From assembly GCA_004431415.1 (NCBI GenBank), contig QPMI01000411.1, positions 62,001-126,000 of the forward strand: 64,000 bases of DNA, read 5' to 3'. The notes beneath the pieces were generated by a model. The model searched no databases. It saw only the letters and a list, made by a program, of their open reading frames with translations, and was not told the origin of the DNA. Source of the DNA: Cyanophora paradoxa CCMP329 (lineage: Eukaryota > Plantae > Glaucophyta). A program made the translations under genes and the position numbers. Positions 1 through 12,515 of this stretch are shown in pieces; within the stretch, counting starts at the first letter, position 1, and each line of letters starts with the position of its first letter.

Positions 1-3000
1 ACGGTGCGCGGCCGCGCGCCTCGGCGCTGACGGGCTCGGGCCTTCGAGCATGGCCTGACGCGCGTGCACCCACGCAGATGGCATTCTGGCGGACTCTGCG
101 ACCATCTTCGCGATCCTCTTCTGGGGATCAGTCGTGCGCCCGAACGCCCCGCGCCCAGCCCTCCCGCTCGCCACCACTCAACCCGCCGCAGGTTCTCGTC
201 ATCATCGCGCTGCTCGATACCTTTACAGTAGTTATTCTTTTCAAGGCGAGCGGTCCCCGCCCGCCCGCTCCCTCATCCGGGCCACGGACTGACGCCGCCG
301 GTCGCCCCGCAGAGGCGTATGTACAATATCATATTTCCGGTGCGGGGACGGCGAGGGCGCGGGGGGCGTGGGGGAGGCGGCGGGGGGCTGAGGCGGGTGG
401 CGCGGGGGCGGATGCGCAGGTGAAGATGCTGCGGGTGCTGGTGGCGACGCTCGTGGTGGGCTTCTACCTGCCCATCACGCAGTACCTCCTCTTCGGCGTC
501 GACTGCATCATGAACGCCGACTCCCCCAAGTCCGCCCGGGGCCCCCCGCCCGCCCCTTCTCGCCGCCCTCGAGCTCGCGGGGCAGCATGGTGAAGATCCT
601 GGCGGGGTCGACGTGCATGGAGAACCACTTCCTGATCATGGCGGCCCTCTCCACCGCCCTCCTCGTCCTCTTCGTCCCCTTCTGCTGCACCATGTCCCTC
701 CTCGTGCGCCCCCGGACGCGGAGGCGGGGCACGGCGCCGGCCGGCCCTGACGGCCCGCGCGCGCGCGCCAGACCGTCGACATCGACCTCAAGTCCCGCGA
801 CTACCTCGGCGCCCCGCACGGTGCGCCGAGGCCGCCCCGGCCGCCCCGGGGCGCAGGGCGGCGGCCGAGGCGGGGCGGGGCGGGGCGCAGGGCGGGTGGA
901 GTTCCTGTACACGGTGGCGAGGACGGTGCTCGTGCTGCTCGTGCGGCTGGTCTCCGCCAAGAGCGCCGTCCTCGTCCCCGTCGCCCTCGCCATCTCCTCG
1001 GGGCTCCTCACCGTCTGCTACGGCGTCTTCCTCCGTGCGAGCGACGCCGACCCCGCTCCCCGCCGCCCTGCCCCCCCGACTCCGGGATCCCGCAGCGCAC
1101 TACGACCACCGGGTGAACAAGGCGCGCGCGGGGCTGATGGCCGTCTCCACGGGCTTCGCCATCTCGACGGTGATCCTGAACGGGGTCGGGGGGAGCGACT
1201 CGGTCTCGGACGGGGCGCACGACGCCATCTCGATGGCCCTCCTCGCCGCATCCGTCCTCGCCTTCTTCCCGGGCTACCTCCTGGCCCGCTGGCGCGTGCG
1301 CCGCCTGGAGGCGCTGCGCCGCAAGATGGAGGCGGCGATCAACTCGTCGGCGGACTGCGAGGACCGCTTCAGCGCCTACAAGCAGTTCAAGGACCCCTTC
1401 ATCATCGAGACGGACCTCGAGGCGAGCCCCCCGAGGGCAGAGGACCACCTCCTCCTGCCCTCCAGGGGTCTGACGTCGCCCGCGGCCCGCCGCAGGTCTC
1501 GACGCGCTTCATGCGGAAGAGCGGGAACCCGGACGAGGACCTGCCCGTGGCGGAGTCGCTGGTGCGGGCGGGGGTCGCGCAGTTCCCCACCTCGCAGATC
1601 GCCCGCATCGGCTTCTACAACTTCCTCGACGTCTTCAAGGAGGACCACGCCGCCGCCCTCGGCGAGCTCAAGAAGGCCGTCCTCATGAAGTCCCGCGTCC
1701 GCCCCGCCCGCCCCGCCAGCCCCTCGCTGGCGTTGCTGCTCGCTTAGCCCGCTTCGCCCCGCGCGCGCGCAGTTCGACACGCGCTTCATGCTCTTCGCGA
1801 TCAACATGCGGCGGCAGCAGACGGTGGCGGGGATGGGCCAGCTGAACCTCGTCGCCATGCTGGAGCTCGCGCGCGACTACAAGGAGGCCGTGCGGCAGCA
1901 CAACGAGGCGATCAAGCTCCTCCGCGACTTCTGGAAGTGGACCATCAAGACGCGCCTCCGCGACGCCGACACCGCCGGCAAGAAGCTCGACGTCATCGAC
2001 AAGGCGAAGCAGAAGGCGCAGCTCGCGTACAGCAAGCTCGTCACCGAGTTCCCCTCCTCCACCGTCCTCATCCGCCAGTACGCCACCTTCCTCCGGTGCG
2101 CCCCGCCCTGCCCCCTCTCCTCCCCGCCCCCGCGTCGCGCCCGGCCCGGCTGAGGGTGCGCGGGGCGGGCAGGGACGTGATGAACGACCGGGCCTCGGCC
2201 GACCTCCAGTTCTCCAAGGCCGACGACATCGAGCAGAGTGCGCCCGCCCCCGCGCGCGCGCCCCGGGGCCGGCCCCCGGCGTTTCTCACCCCCCGCCCCG
2301 CCCCGCCCCGCTTTAGGCATGGAGAAGGAGGGGACGGTCATCGACGGGGAGACCGAGAAGGACTCGGACCTCAAGTGCGGCGCCCCGGCCCCGGCCCCGC
2401 CCGCCCGCGTCGCCTCCGAGGGGGCCCGAGCCTGACCGGCGTGCGCGGCGGCGCGGCAGCTCGCGGATGGGGAAGAGCGAGAAGGACGAGCCGGAGGGGG
2501 AGGAGGCGGACAAGCGGGAGCGGCTGCAGCAGGTCCTTAAGAGCCGCATGCGCGACTCGCGCGCCGTCAAGACCCTCTCCTACGGTGCCCCCGCCGCCCC
2601 GGCCGTCCGGGCGCCCGGCAGCGGCTGAGGCGGGGCGGGGGCCGCGGGGGCGCAGCGATCATCCTGGGGACGCTGCTGCTGCTGGCGGAGACGATCGCGT
2701 TCTTCGCGACGGTGCAGACGCTGGTCGGCCAGTCGAGCGAGGGCCTCACCCACCTCTCCGTCGCCAGCGCGCGCCGCAAGCTCGTCGAGGACGCTATGTA
2801 CAGCGCCCGCTCCATGCAGCTCGCCCTCCACCTCAACGACACCGCCGCCTACGCCGAGGCCGCCGGCGCCCTCCAGAAGGCCTCCACCGACCTCCTCGAC
2901 CACCACAAGCACCTCGTGCGCCCCCGGCCCCGCCCCGCCGGAGCCGGCGGCGGGCTGAGCTGCGGGGCGGCAGTTCTACGACAGCGGGGCGTACCCGTGG

Positions 3001-5919
3001 GCGGAGCAGTACTGGCAGACGATGAAGTGGGCGGTCATCAAGCTCCAGGACGAGCGCAACTTCCTCGCCGAGAAGGTTCTTCTTCAGTCTCTTCGGCCGG
3101 CTGGCGGAGGCGCTAAGGCGCCGCCCCCGGCAGGTGGAGCACAACGCGTGGGACAGCGTGGCGCAGTTCGCGAGCCGGGGGCAGCGGCTGGCGAAGGTGA
3201 GCTACGAGTCGGGGGCGCTGCGGGACGGGACGTACAGCTCCGACTTCCGCTTCCTGATGGACAACGGCCTCTTCTCCGTCCTCTCCCTCCTCAACACCAA
3301 CACCATGCGGTCCGCGAGCGTGGCCGCGGCCGGGGGCGAGGGCGCGGGCGGCGCCCCGCTCTCTCGCGCCCCGCGCTAACCTGCGGTGCGGCCGGCAGGT
3401 ACGAGACGGCGATCTACGAGGCGACGGTGCTGCGGCAGGGCCTCGTGATCATGATCTTCGTGGTGGAGATGGTCACCCTCGCGCTCCTCTCCGTCTTCGC
3501 CCTGCGCCCGGACATCGCCTTCCGGCGCCAGAAGAGCGCCAACCAGGGCGTCGGCGACCTCCTCCAGAAGATGCCCACCAAGGGTCCGCCGCCCCAACTC
3601 GAACTCGAAGCCAGGTGGGATCTGATCTGACGCGGCGGGCGGGGCGCGCAGTGCTGCGGTCGCTGCTGCAGGTGTACCTGAAGCTGTCGCGGGTGGAGGA
3701 GAACATCGAGGGGGTGCTGTACGGCTCGGGGGGCGGGCACGGGGCGGCCAAGGGCGGCGACGACGAGGAGGAGGCCCGCTCCGACGAGGTCGAGAACGGC
3801 GAGGAGGGCATCCCCGTGCGCATGCGCCCCGACAGAGACAGGGACGAGAGAGAAGCGCCGGCGCCCCGCCCTCTCCTCCTGAGCCCTGCGGCAGCTGGCG
3901 GCGCGCGGGGACGACGGGCGGGGCATCATGAGCGGGGACCTGGAGCCGCCCAAGGCGAGCACGGCGGAGTGGGCGGTGACGGGCCGCCGCAAGTCCCTCA
4001 ACGCCGAGGCGCCCGTCAAATTCGACGGCGACATCGTCCGCCCCCTCTCCCCCGCCGACACCAGCGACGAGAAGCGCCCGCGCGCCTCCCCGACGGCCGC
4101 CGCCGCCGCCGCCGAGCGCGAGCGGCGGGCCTCCAAGGGGGGCGTGCAGTTCAACGAGATCCCGGGGCAGGCCCCGCCCGAGTCCAAGGACCTGGGGGGG
4201 GTTCCGAAGAAGAAGGAGGAGGCGCCGGTGGTGAGCGAGCAGCTGATGCGGGACCTGCGCACCTTCATCTTCGCCAAGCTCGCCGACGAGGTGCCCCCCG
4301 AGTTCATGGGCCTCGAGACCATCGCCGAGGAGGCCGAGGCCGCCCCCGCCGCCGCCTCCGCGGAAGGCGCCCCCGGGGGCGGGGAGGGGGAGAGGGCGGC
4401 GGCCGCCACCGAGCGGCGCGGCTCGGCGGAGCTCGTCAAGTCCGTCGCCGACCGCTTCAAGGTCCGCGCCGGCGCCGCCCCTCCACCCGCCCGCCCCGCC
4501 CGACGCACCCCCGACAGGAGCAGGCGATGGCGAAGTACGCGGCGGCGCAGGGGCGCGAGGAGACGGACGAGGCGGAGGACGGGGCCGACAAGAAGGGGGG
4601 CAAGGGCGGCCGCGTCGCCCCCGAGGTCTCCTCGGCGAGCTTCCGCAAGTCGAAGAACCGGACGTGGAAGCTGACGAAGCACCTGCTCTACCGCAACGCG
4701 ACGGCCTTCGCGCTCCTCGCCGCCCTCGCCTGCGCCAACCTCGCCTTCTCCCACTCCTACCTCGGCGTCTCCCGCGTCCTCGGCTCCCAGGCCCAGGCGG
4801 CGGGGCGGCGGCACTACGCGACGCGCGAGCTCGCGCTCCTCGCCCGCGAGCTGGTCATCGCGGACGGGACGGGGATGTCGCGGGGCGAGGTGGCCCTCCG
4901 CCTCCTCCAGGGCGTCGAGTACGTCCGCGCGCTCCACGAGCGCCTCCGCTTCGGGTTCGGCGGCTGGTCCCTCCCCGCCGCGCCCCTCCGCTACCGCCCG
5001 ATGATGGACCTGCTGGACAAGCCGGCGTGCCTCCTCGCCGACGCCTCGCGCTGCTCGGCCCCGGGCCGCGTCGTCGACCCCGAGGCCGTCATGCAGGGCT
5101 TCAACGTGCGCCCCCCGACCCGACCCGGCCCGGCCCGGCGCGGTGCGGCGCGGGCTGACGCGGGGCGGGGCGGGGCAGATGCTGGTGGACACGTACCTGG
5201 ACCGGCTTACGGCGATCTACCTGCGGCACCACGCCTCCCTCCCCGACTTCGCGCCCCCGAGCCCCGCCCAGGAGGCCAACCCCTGCCTCTCCCTCGAGCG
5301 CCTCGACTTCTGCGGCTACGAGCAGCAGCCCAACCGCCTCCCCGCCGCCAAGGGCTTCAGCCGCCCCACCTGGCGCCAGGCCGGCGGCCGCTACGACCTC
5401 CGCGCCACCCTCGCCTCCACCCCCGAGCTCCTCTTCGTCCAGCAGGTCTCCAACGGTGCTCCCGGCCCCGCCGCGCTCGAAACCCCACTCGCGAGGGGCG
5501 CCCCGCCTGACTCGAGGCTTCGTTCGCAGCGGACGTGAACGATGCGTCGGAGAGGGCCATCGCGCTGTACCTCGCCGAGTTCGCGGACGCCCTGAAGATC
5601 GTGGGGAACGGCGAGGCCGGCTTCCTCATCGCGAACCTGGCGGCCATCCTCGGCACCGCCTTCTTCCTCTTCAAGCCCATGCTCGAGATGCTCAAGAAGG
5701 AGGCCAACCGCGTCCGCCAGGTGCCCGACCCCGCCCCCGCATTCGACGCGGGGCTCTGCCGGGGCGCGAGCTGACGCGGGGCCGCGCCCGCCCTCGCCCG
5801 CCCGCCCTCGCCTGCAGTTCCTGCTGATGGTGCCCTCGGAGATCGTGCTGCGGGAGCGCTGCTTCAAGTCCTTCCTCTCCCTCGAGGAGAAGGCCGGCGA
5901 CGGCTCCGAGTCCGACTGA
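1..5919 (+). CDS. TmcB-like multi-pass membrane protein without PAS domains; 5'-partial, multi-exon
   Basis: The spliced frame gives an N-terminal multi-TM block (RRMYNIIFPVKMLRVLVATLVVGFYLPITQYLL) and a helical repeat (DFWKW...AYSKLVTEFPSSTVLIRQYATFLRDVMND). Two TM-ectodomain-TM modules follow, ending FKPMLEMLKKEANRVRQFLLMVPSEIV; TGA at 5917-5919. Architecture matches the gene at 23249-35379. Confidence 0.75.
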
Positions 5920-6832
5920 GCGGCCCCCCGCCCCGCCCCGGCCCCGGCCCCCGCCCCGCCCCCTTTCTCCTCCACATGCCCCCGGGCGGCGCTTCTCAGC
6001 GCCCCCGAGGCCCGCTACATTATTCCCCCCCGTCTTTCAATTTTGATTATTCGATAATGAACTAGGCCAGAAGTTTCAATCGTTTCCGGCTAGCTTGCCC
6101 GGCGGTATAGATGTGTGCTCAAGCTTCTGTAAGAGATCGTTTCGTTGCACATCGCTTTCGCCTTGAGCGGTGACCATAAGCGTGCATATGGCTTGGATAT
6201 ACTCCTGATCATTCTGCATTTGATCATGATACCTGATGTTCGCTAGCGGCTAGCTGGCAGCACATCTGATCATCGATCTCATTAATTATTTCCATCTTAC
6301 ATCTTCTATGTATTCGCACTCAGTATAATATCCATCTACTCGGTACACATGCTCTTACAAATCCGCAGACGCTGAGTGATAGAGTGCAGGTATATTTAGA
6401 CGTGCTCCTAGTGTACAGCGGGCGAATGCGCCGTCGACGTGAACGTCATGCTTATACTAACGTTGCTGATATCGATTTTGCAAACCCCCCGACCTGTAGC
6501 TACATCCCCCACATTGTTTCAATTTTGCAATGATGAATTCATGATCAAATCATGATAATGAGTATAATCGTTGATATTGATCCGAGACACGCTGTGACGG
6601 CCACTCCAAAAGTGCCAGTACTTCAAATCCCGAAGGTCGGACGCTTCTGCGACGTCTTTCGGTACGTATACAGGCAACTGGCAAACTGCAACAAGATTGA
6701 TCGATTTCTAGGATCTGATGTGGAGCGAATCGGAACTGCGGGCTACAGACTACCCAAACTAGCCGCGGGCTGACCCCGTCGGATGCCTGACCGTCGGACC
6801 CCCTACCCTAGCGGTGCGCGGGCGGCGGGGCG

Positions 6833-9005
6833 CTACGCGGCGGCGCCGGCGGCGCGGGCCTGGCGCTTTGCCTCGGCGGCGGCGGCCTGCGCGCTCATGC
6901 GGGCCTTGTTGCGGTGGAGGCCGTACTGCCCGATGCGGCCGTAGGGCCGCCGGTCCGCCGTCGGCGGCCGCAGCCGGGCGCCGTCTGGCACTCCGCGCAG
7001 CAGCAGCGGCTGTGCGCCTGCGCGGGGCGCTCAGCGCGGCGCCCCCCCTCGAGGCGGGCGGGCGGGGCGGGGCGGGGGGACCTCGTAGCAGGCGTCGCAG
7101 CAGAGGTAGAGGAGGTTGCAGTCGACGTTGGCGCACGTCGTGAACCTGCCCCCGCGAGACCCCCCGCACGCTCAGCCCGGGGCCCACCTCGGAGCGGGCG
7201 AGGGACGGGAGGGTGCGGGCGCGCTTGTCGGTGAGGGTGCCGCAGTGGCGGCAGCGGGAGGTGTCCGGCACGCGGCGGGCCTGCGCGGCGGCGGCGGCGG
7301 CGGCCTCGGGGGCCTCGGCGTGGGCGCCGAGCTCGTCGGAGAGGAAGACGGCCTCGTCGAGGCCGGCCTCCTCCCCCGAGGGGGCGCCCAGGGGGACGAC
7401 CATGCGGTCGTCGAAGACGAAGAGCTTGCCGACCCAGGCCGCGTCCCCCTCCTCCAGCCCGTAGTTGATGATCCCGCCCTTGAGCTGGAACACGTTCTCG
7501 AAGCCGCGCTCCTTCAGGAACGCGCTGTAGATCTCGCAGCGGATGCCCCCCGTGCAGCACATCAGCAGCTGCCGCGCCGCGCCGCGTGAGCCTCCTCCCC
7601 TCGCCGCCGGGGCCGGGGCGTCGGCGGCGGACCTTCTTCTTGGGGTCGATGGACTTCTTGAGGTCGTCCGCGTACTCCGTGAACTCGCTGCCGGCCGGGA
7701 GGGGGCGGGCGCTCTCAGGGCCCCACCCCGGGCGGCGCCCGGGCGCCCGGGCGTGCGGGGGCACCGGAAGGTCTTGAGGCGGGGGAAGATGAGGGACTCC
7801 TTCTTGGCGGCCTCGAAGTGGCCCACCTGCCACTCGTAGTCGTTCCGCACCTGCCCGCCCGCCCTCCAGGCTCAGCCCGAGCCGCTGGAAACGGACCGGG
7901 CGGCCCGGGCGGCCGGTCCCGCACGCACGTCGACGAGGACGAAGTCCTCCTCGGGGTTCTCGAGGGTCTCGCGCCACTCCTTGGGGGTCAGGTAGGGGCC
8001 CCGCTTCGCAAGGTCGACCTCCCCGTCGAAGCTCGCCACCAGCTGCTGCTTCGCCTTCACCGCCAGCCGCGGGAACACGTGCTTCCGCCCCGGCAGCACC
8101 TGCGCGCCCGCCCCTCGGCCCGCGCGGGCGTGCCCCGGCGCCGGGCGGGGCCGCACGGTGAAGCGGGTGCCGTCGTAGCGGGCGTCGGCCTTCATGAAGC
8201 CCATGTACGCCTCGCAGTCCTCCTTCGGGCCGCTCATCTGCCCGTTCACCCCGTGCACCGAGATGTAGATCCGCCCCCGGATGTCCAGCCCGTTCTCCTG
8301 CGCCCGCGCCGCTCGACCCGGCGCGGCGTGGCGCGGCAGAAGCGCGAGGCGGGGCGGGGCGGAGAGGCCTGCCTTGATGTACGCCTTGTGGCGGTCGACC
8401 TCCACGACGTTGTCAGCGAGCGCCGCGTCGAACAGCTTGTAGAACTGCGGGCGGAGGCGAGCCGGCGTGAGCTCGAGGAGCAATCGCAGCGGCAGCCCGG
8501 CGGGGTGCGCCCGAGGCCCAAGGAAACGAGACTAATAGAGCTATAAATGCGAGCGCAGCGCGCGTACACCGACCAGTTGCACGGAGATATCTAGATAGCG
8601 TCAGACGCGCACCGAGATCGTACTGAAGGAGCCGAACGGGGCCTCGTCCTCGTGAGCCTGAGCGCCAGCGTCTTCATGTGCCTGAGAGAGACGGCCGGTG
8701 TGAGCTCCGATTCAGGACGCGCGCGGGGCGGGCTTTGCGCGGGGCGCGAGTCACGACTTGCGGCGGCACACCTCCTCGGCCGCTGAAGCGAAAACGCGCT
8801 GAGGGACGGCGGGATAGCTACGAGACAGCAAGAACTCCCGCCCGGCCACGAACGTCGAGCTGGCGCGCAACCGGGCCCCGAAACAAAATCTCGCTTTGTG
8901 CTGGACGAGGATCTGCGAGCTGTGGGGCCGGCTGGCGGCTCTGGCGGCTCCCTGTAGGACCAAGAGGCCCTGAGAGCGAGCTACAGGCGCCACAGCGACG
9001 AACAT
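6833..9005 (-). CDS. Rhodanese-domain protein of the TrhO/YceA (plant STR8-like) family, putative tRNA U34 hydroxylase, with a probable plastid transit peptide
   Basis: Spliced motifs: STISFYKLF, GRIYISVHGVNGQ, LVDVRNDYEWQVGHF, LMCCTGGIRCE, QLKGGIINY, GKLFVFDDR, and a Cys-rich C-terminus (CRHC...CANVDC...CCCAEC). ATG at 9005 (MFVAVAP...). The best C-terminal frame (APRLRP..., TAG 6833) needs one extra base in the run at 6976-6978. Confidence 0.9.
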
Positions 9006-9267
9006 GGTGACCGTCGGACCGACACAGGCTGAAGGGGGGGATGAACGCTAAACGCGGTGGTACCCCCTGAGCCGCTGGATCGGGAACTCTGCAGCGAGCG
9101 AGCGCGGGACGCCATAATTCGATCAGGCGGAACCGCCACAACCACTAGCTAGCTTTGCAGCCGCTGGTCTGTCAGCTCTGCGGCGAACGAGAGCGGCATA
9201 AGCAGCGGCGTAGCTACCACAGCTCTGCCGCGCGCTTTGGAATTCGAATCCAGGCAGCTAGGAGAGG
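9006..9267. promoter_or_regulatory. Putative bidirectional promoter (TrhO-like / CFAP52-like)
   Basis: 262 bp between divergent start codons; no specific motif identified. Confidence 0.55.
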
Positions 9268-12077
9268 ATGGCGTTGCACGGCGATGGAGCTGGCGCCCTG
9301 GAGCTGGAGCACATCATCGGCTACTCCGGCGCGCAGCGCGGCGTCTTGCACCTGCACCCAAAGCAGAACAACATCTATGTGTATCCGGCGAGCGCCATGC
9401 TCGTCGTGGGTGACCTTGACGATAGCCACAAACAGGAGGTCCTGAGGGGCCACGACGCTGTGCGCACGCTGCGCTGCGGCGCCCGCCTTTCCGCGCTTCC
9501 TGACTGGCGCGCCGCAGGACATCACGGCGACGGCGGTCTCGCCCTCGGGCCGCCTCATCGCGTCGGGCCAGGCACGCCGAGCAGCGCGGCCGGCCGCCCT
9601 GCCCCTGTGACGCGGGCGGCGCAGAGCCCGTCGCCGGCGTCGGCGTCGCGGGAGTCGCCGGTGATCGTCTTCGACTTCGACGTGGCGGCCGAGCCGCGCT
9701 GCCAGCAGGTCTTCGTCCTCCGCGGCATCGTCGGCGGGTCCGCCCCCGCCCCGCCCCGCCCCGCGCCGCCCCGCCCCCCGCCATGCAACGCGCGTGCGCG
9801 CGGGGGCGCAGGGTGCTGTGCCTGTGCTTCAGCCCGGACGACCGGTTCCTCGCCATCGCGACGGCCGACTCGAAGCTCGTCATATACGACATGACCTCCG
9901 GCACGGCGCGCCCCGCCCCGCCCCACGCCCGCGCACCCGCCCCCGCCCCCGCCCCCGCCGCCCCGCTGACGGGCGGTGCAGGCGGTGCAGAACCACAGGA
10001 CGGAGCGGCCGGTGACGGCGCTGGCGTTCGCGTTCGGGCCGAGCGAGCTGGCGACGACGGGCCGCAGCACGAAGCTGCCCGGCTACCTCCTCACCGTCGC
10101 CGTCGACACCCGCGTCAAGGCCCGCCCCGCCCGCACCTCCCCGCACCGCCCCGCCCCGGCGGCCCGGGCTGACCTGCGGGCGGGCCGGCGCGGGGCGTGC
10201 AGATCCTCGCCTTCAAGTTCTCCAAGGCGAGCATGCAGTGTGCGTCGCCTCCGCGGCCCCCCTCCGCCTTCCCGCCCCCGCGCCCCGCCCCGCCGAGCCG
10301 AGCCCCGCGTCGCAGACGAGGTGGAGGCGGGGGAGGCGCGGCTGCCGTCGACGGGGCTGGTGCGGAGCTACACGTGCGCGGCGGTGGACGAGACGGGCGT
10401 CTTCGCCTTCCTCGGCACCAACGGCTCCGACATGGTCGTCTTCGACACCCACGCCAGGATCTACCGCCAGGCCCGCCCCCCCGCCCCCCCGTCCCCTTTC
10501 CTCCTCTCTCCCTAAAGGCTGCGCAGGCGGTGCCGGTGGGCTCCCCCGTGCTGGCGATCGTGGCGGGCCCGTCGCCCGCCGAGGCTGGCGCCTCTCGCGT
10601 CTTCGTCGCCTGCGCCGACGGCCGGTGCCGCCCGCCCCCGCCCCGCCCCCGCCCCCGCCCCGCCGACGGGGCGGGGCGGGGGGCAGGGTGCGGCGGCTGA
10701 CGGGGCGGGACCTGGCGTGGCGGCTGGAGGCGGAGGCGGCGCTGCCGGGGCAGGCCACCTCCGTCGCCCTCTCCGCCGACGGCAAGGAGCTGCTCGTGGG
10801 CACCTCGGCGGGGGCCGTCCACTCGGTCAGCGCGGGCACGCTGCAGGCCTCGCTGGTCTCGCAGGCCCACACGGGCGCCCTCGCCGCGGTGGCCTTCGGG
10901 GGCGCCTCGGGGGCCTTCGCGACGGCCTCGGCCGACTGCAGCGTCGCCGTCTGGAGCCTCGACGACTACACCGTCCGCCCCGCCCCTCCTTCGCCCCGCT
11001 GCCTCTCACGGGGCGCCTGGGGCAGACGCGGTGGCGGGCGGCGCTGAACACGGCGGCGCGGTGCCTCGTGTGGGACCCCGAGGCCGACGCCCTCGTCGCC
11101 GGGGGCCAGGACGGCTCCCTCCGCTGCCTCCGCGCCGCGACGGGGGAGGTCGCCTGGAGCCTCCCGAACGCGCACCGCGGCGCCGTGACCGCCCTCGCCG
11201 TCTCCCCCGCCGCCGTCTTCTCGGGCGGGGAGGACGGGCACGTGCGGGTCTGGTCGCGGCGGGACCGCTCGCTGGTGGGGCAGCTCTCCTCCCACCGCGG
11301 GCCCGTCACCGGCATCCTCCTGCAGGACGCCCTCCTCCACTCCGCCTCCACCGACCGCTCCGTCGTGACGGTGGACACGCGGACGGAGCGGCGGGTGATG
11401 ACGCACCAGAGCCGCGAGTCGGCCTTCACGTGCCTCACCCAGCGCAAGGACTCCGAGCAGGAGGCGCCCCCCGTCCCGCCCCCGCCCCCCCGCCCGCCCC
11501 TCCCCCGGCTGAACGAACGTTCCTCCCTCCCGCGCAGGTGGTGACGGGCTCGGCGGACGGCTGCCTGCACGACTGGGACGTCGACGTCGCCGACGCGACG
11601 CGCGAGTGGCGCGACCGCTCCCGCACCCCCATCTCCTCCGCCCAGGTCCACCCCCGCCCCGCCCCGCCCCGCCCCGCCCCGCCCCGCCCGCTCTGCGCCC
11701 CCTCGGGTCGGGCGAGAGCTGACCCCCGGCTCAGGTGAGCCCGTCGGGCCGCTTCATCGCGGTGGGCAGCGAGGACCGGACCGTCCGCGTAATGGAGGCG
11801 CGTTCCCCGCGCTCCGACGTGGCGGCCCACCTGAGCGCCGGGCCCCGCTCACCCGCCCCGCTTCGCTCGCAGGTGGCGACCCTGAAGGCGGTCGGCGAGG
11901 GCCGCGGCCACTCCGCCCGCGTCACCAGCCTCCACTGGTCCCCCGACGAGCGCCAGGTACCCCCTTCGTCTTCCCCCCACTTCCCTTAAAAAAGCTGGGG
12001 CCGACGACGGTTGGGCGCAGCTCGTTTCGGTTGGCGCCGACGGCTGCTCCTGCATCTGGAACTTCTTCCCTGAATGA
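9268..12077 (+). CDS. CFAP52/WDR16-like WD40-repeat ciliary protein (14 exons)
   Basis: Starts LELEHIIGYSG...HKQEVLRGHDADITATAVSPSGRLIASGQ. Multiple WD40 repeats (AHTGALAAVAF..SADCSVAVWS; AHRGAVTALAV..GGEDGHVRVWS; GHSARVTSLHWSPDERQLVSVGADGCSCIWNF). TGA at 12075-12077. Confidence 0.85.
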
Positions 12078-12515
12078 GGCGCCGTACCCCATCGCCCGCC
12101 ACCCCACCCCGGCCCCCCTCCTCTCCCGCCTGCAAATTCTATCTCCTCGCGCGCGTTGCACTGCCTCGCCTGGCCGGGCCGTTGGAAACAGTGAGATGCG
12201 GGGACGAATCGAACTGGAGTGTGTGGAGGAGAAGAAAGGTTGGCCGGCGCCGGCGCTCAGGTTGCGTGGTGGCGCCTGCAGCTGCCGCTGGCGCCTCGGC
12301 CGGCGGCCGGCCGGGCGCAGGATCATGCCTCCTCTTCTTATCTCTCACCAGCTGCAGGGTCATGGGTCCGCGAAAGCCGCTGCCCGATCGAATGTCGGCG
12401 CCCACGTACCCAGCTGCAGGCCGGCAACCTTCGAACTTCAGCGCAGGCGCGTAGGACAGCAGCAGAGGTAGCGCGACCGCCAGCAGTCGCCTGGCTGTGC
12501 AGAGGCGAGTGCGAC

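Noticed and set aside
6970-6985. Apparent frameshift in the TrhO-like last exon
   Set aside because: It needs one extra base in a G/C homopolymer, with no slippery heptamer or stimulatory structure. A consensus error is more likely than programmed frameshifting.
9738-12020. Introns as a recently active introner family
   Set aside because: Introns share composition and end motifs but not alignable internal sequence or target-site duplications.
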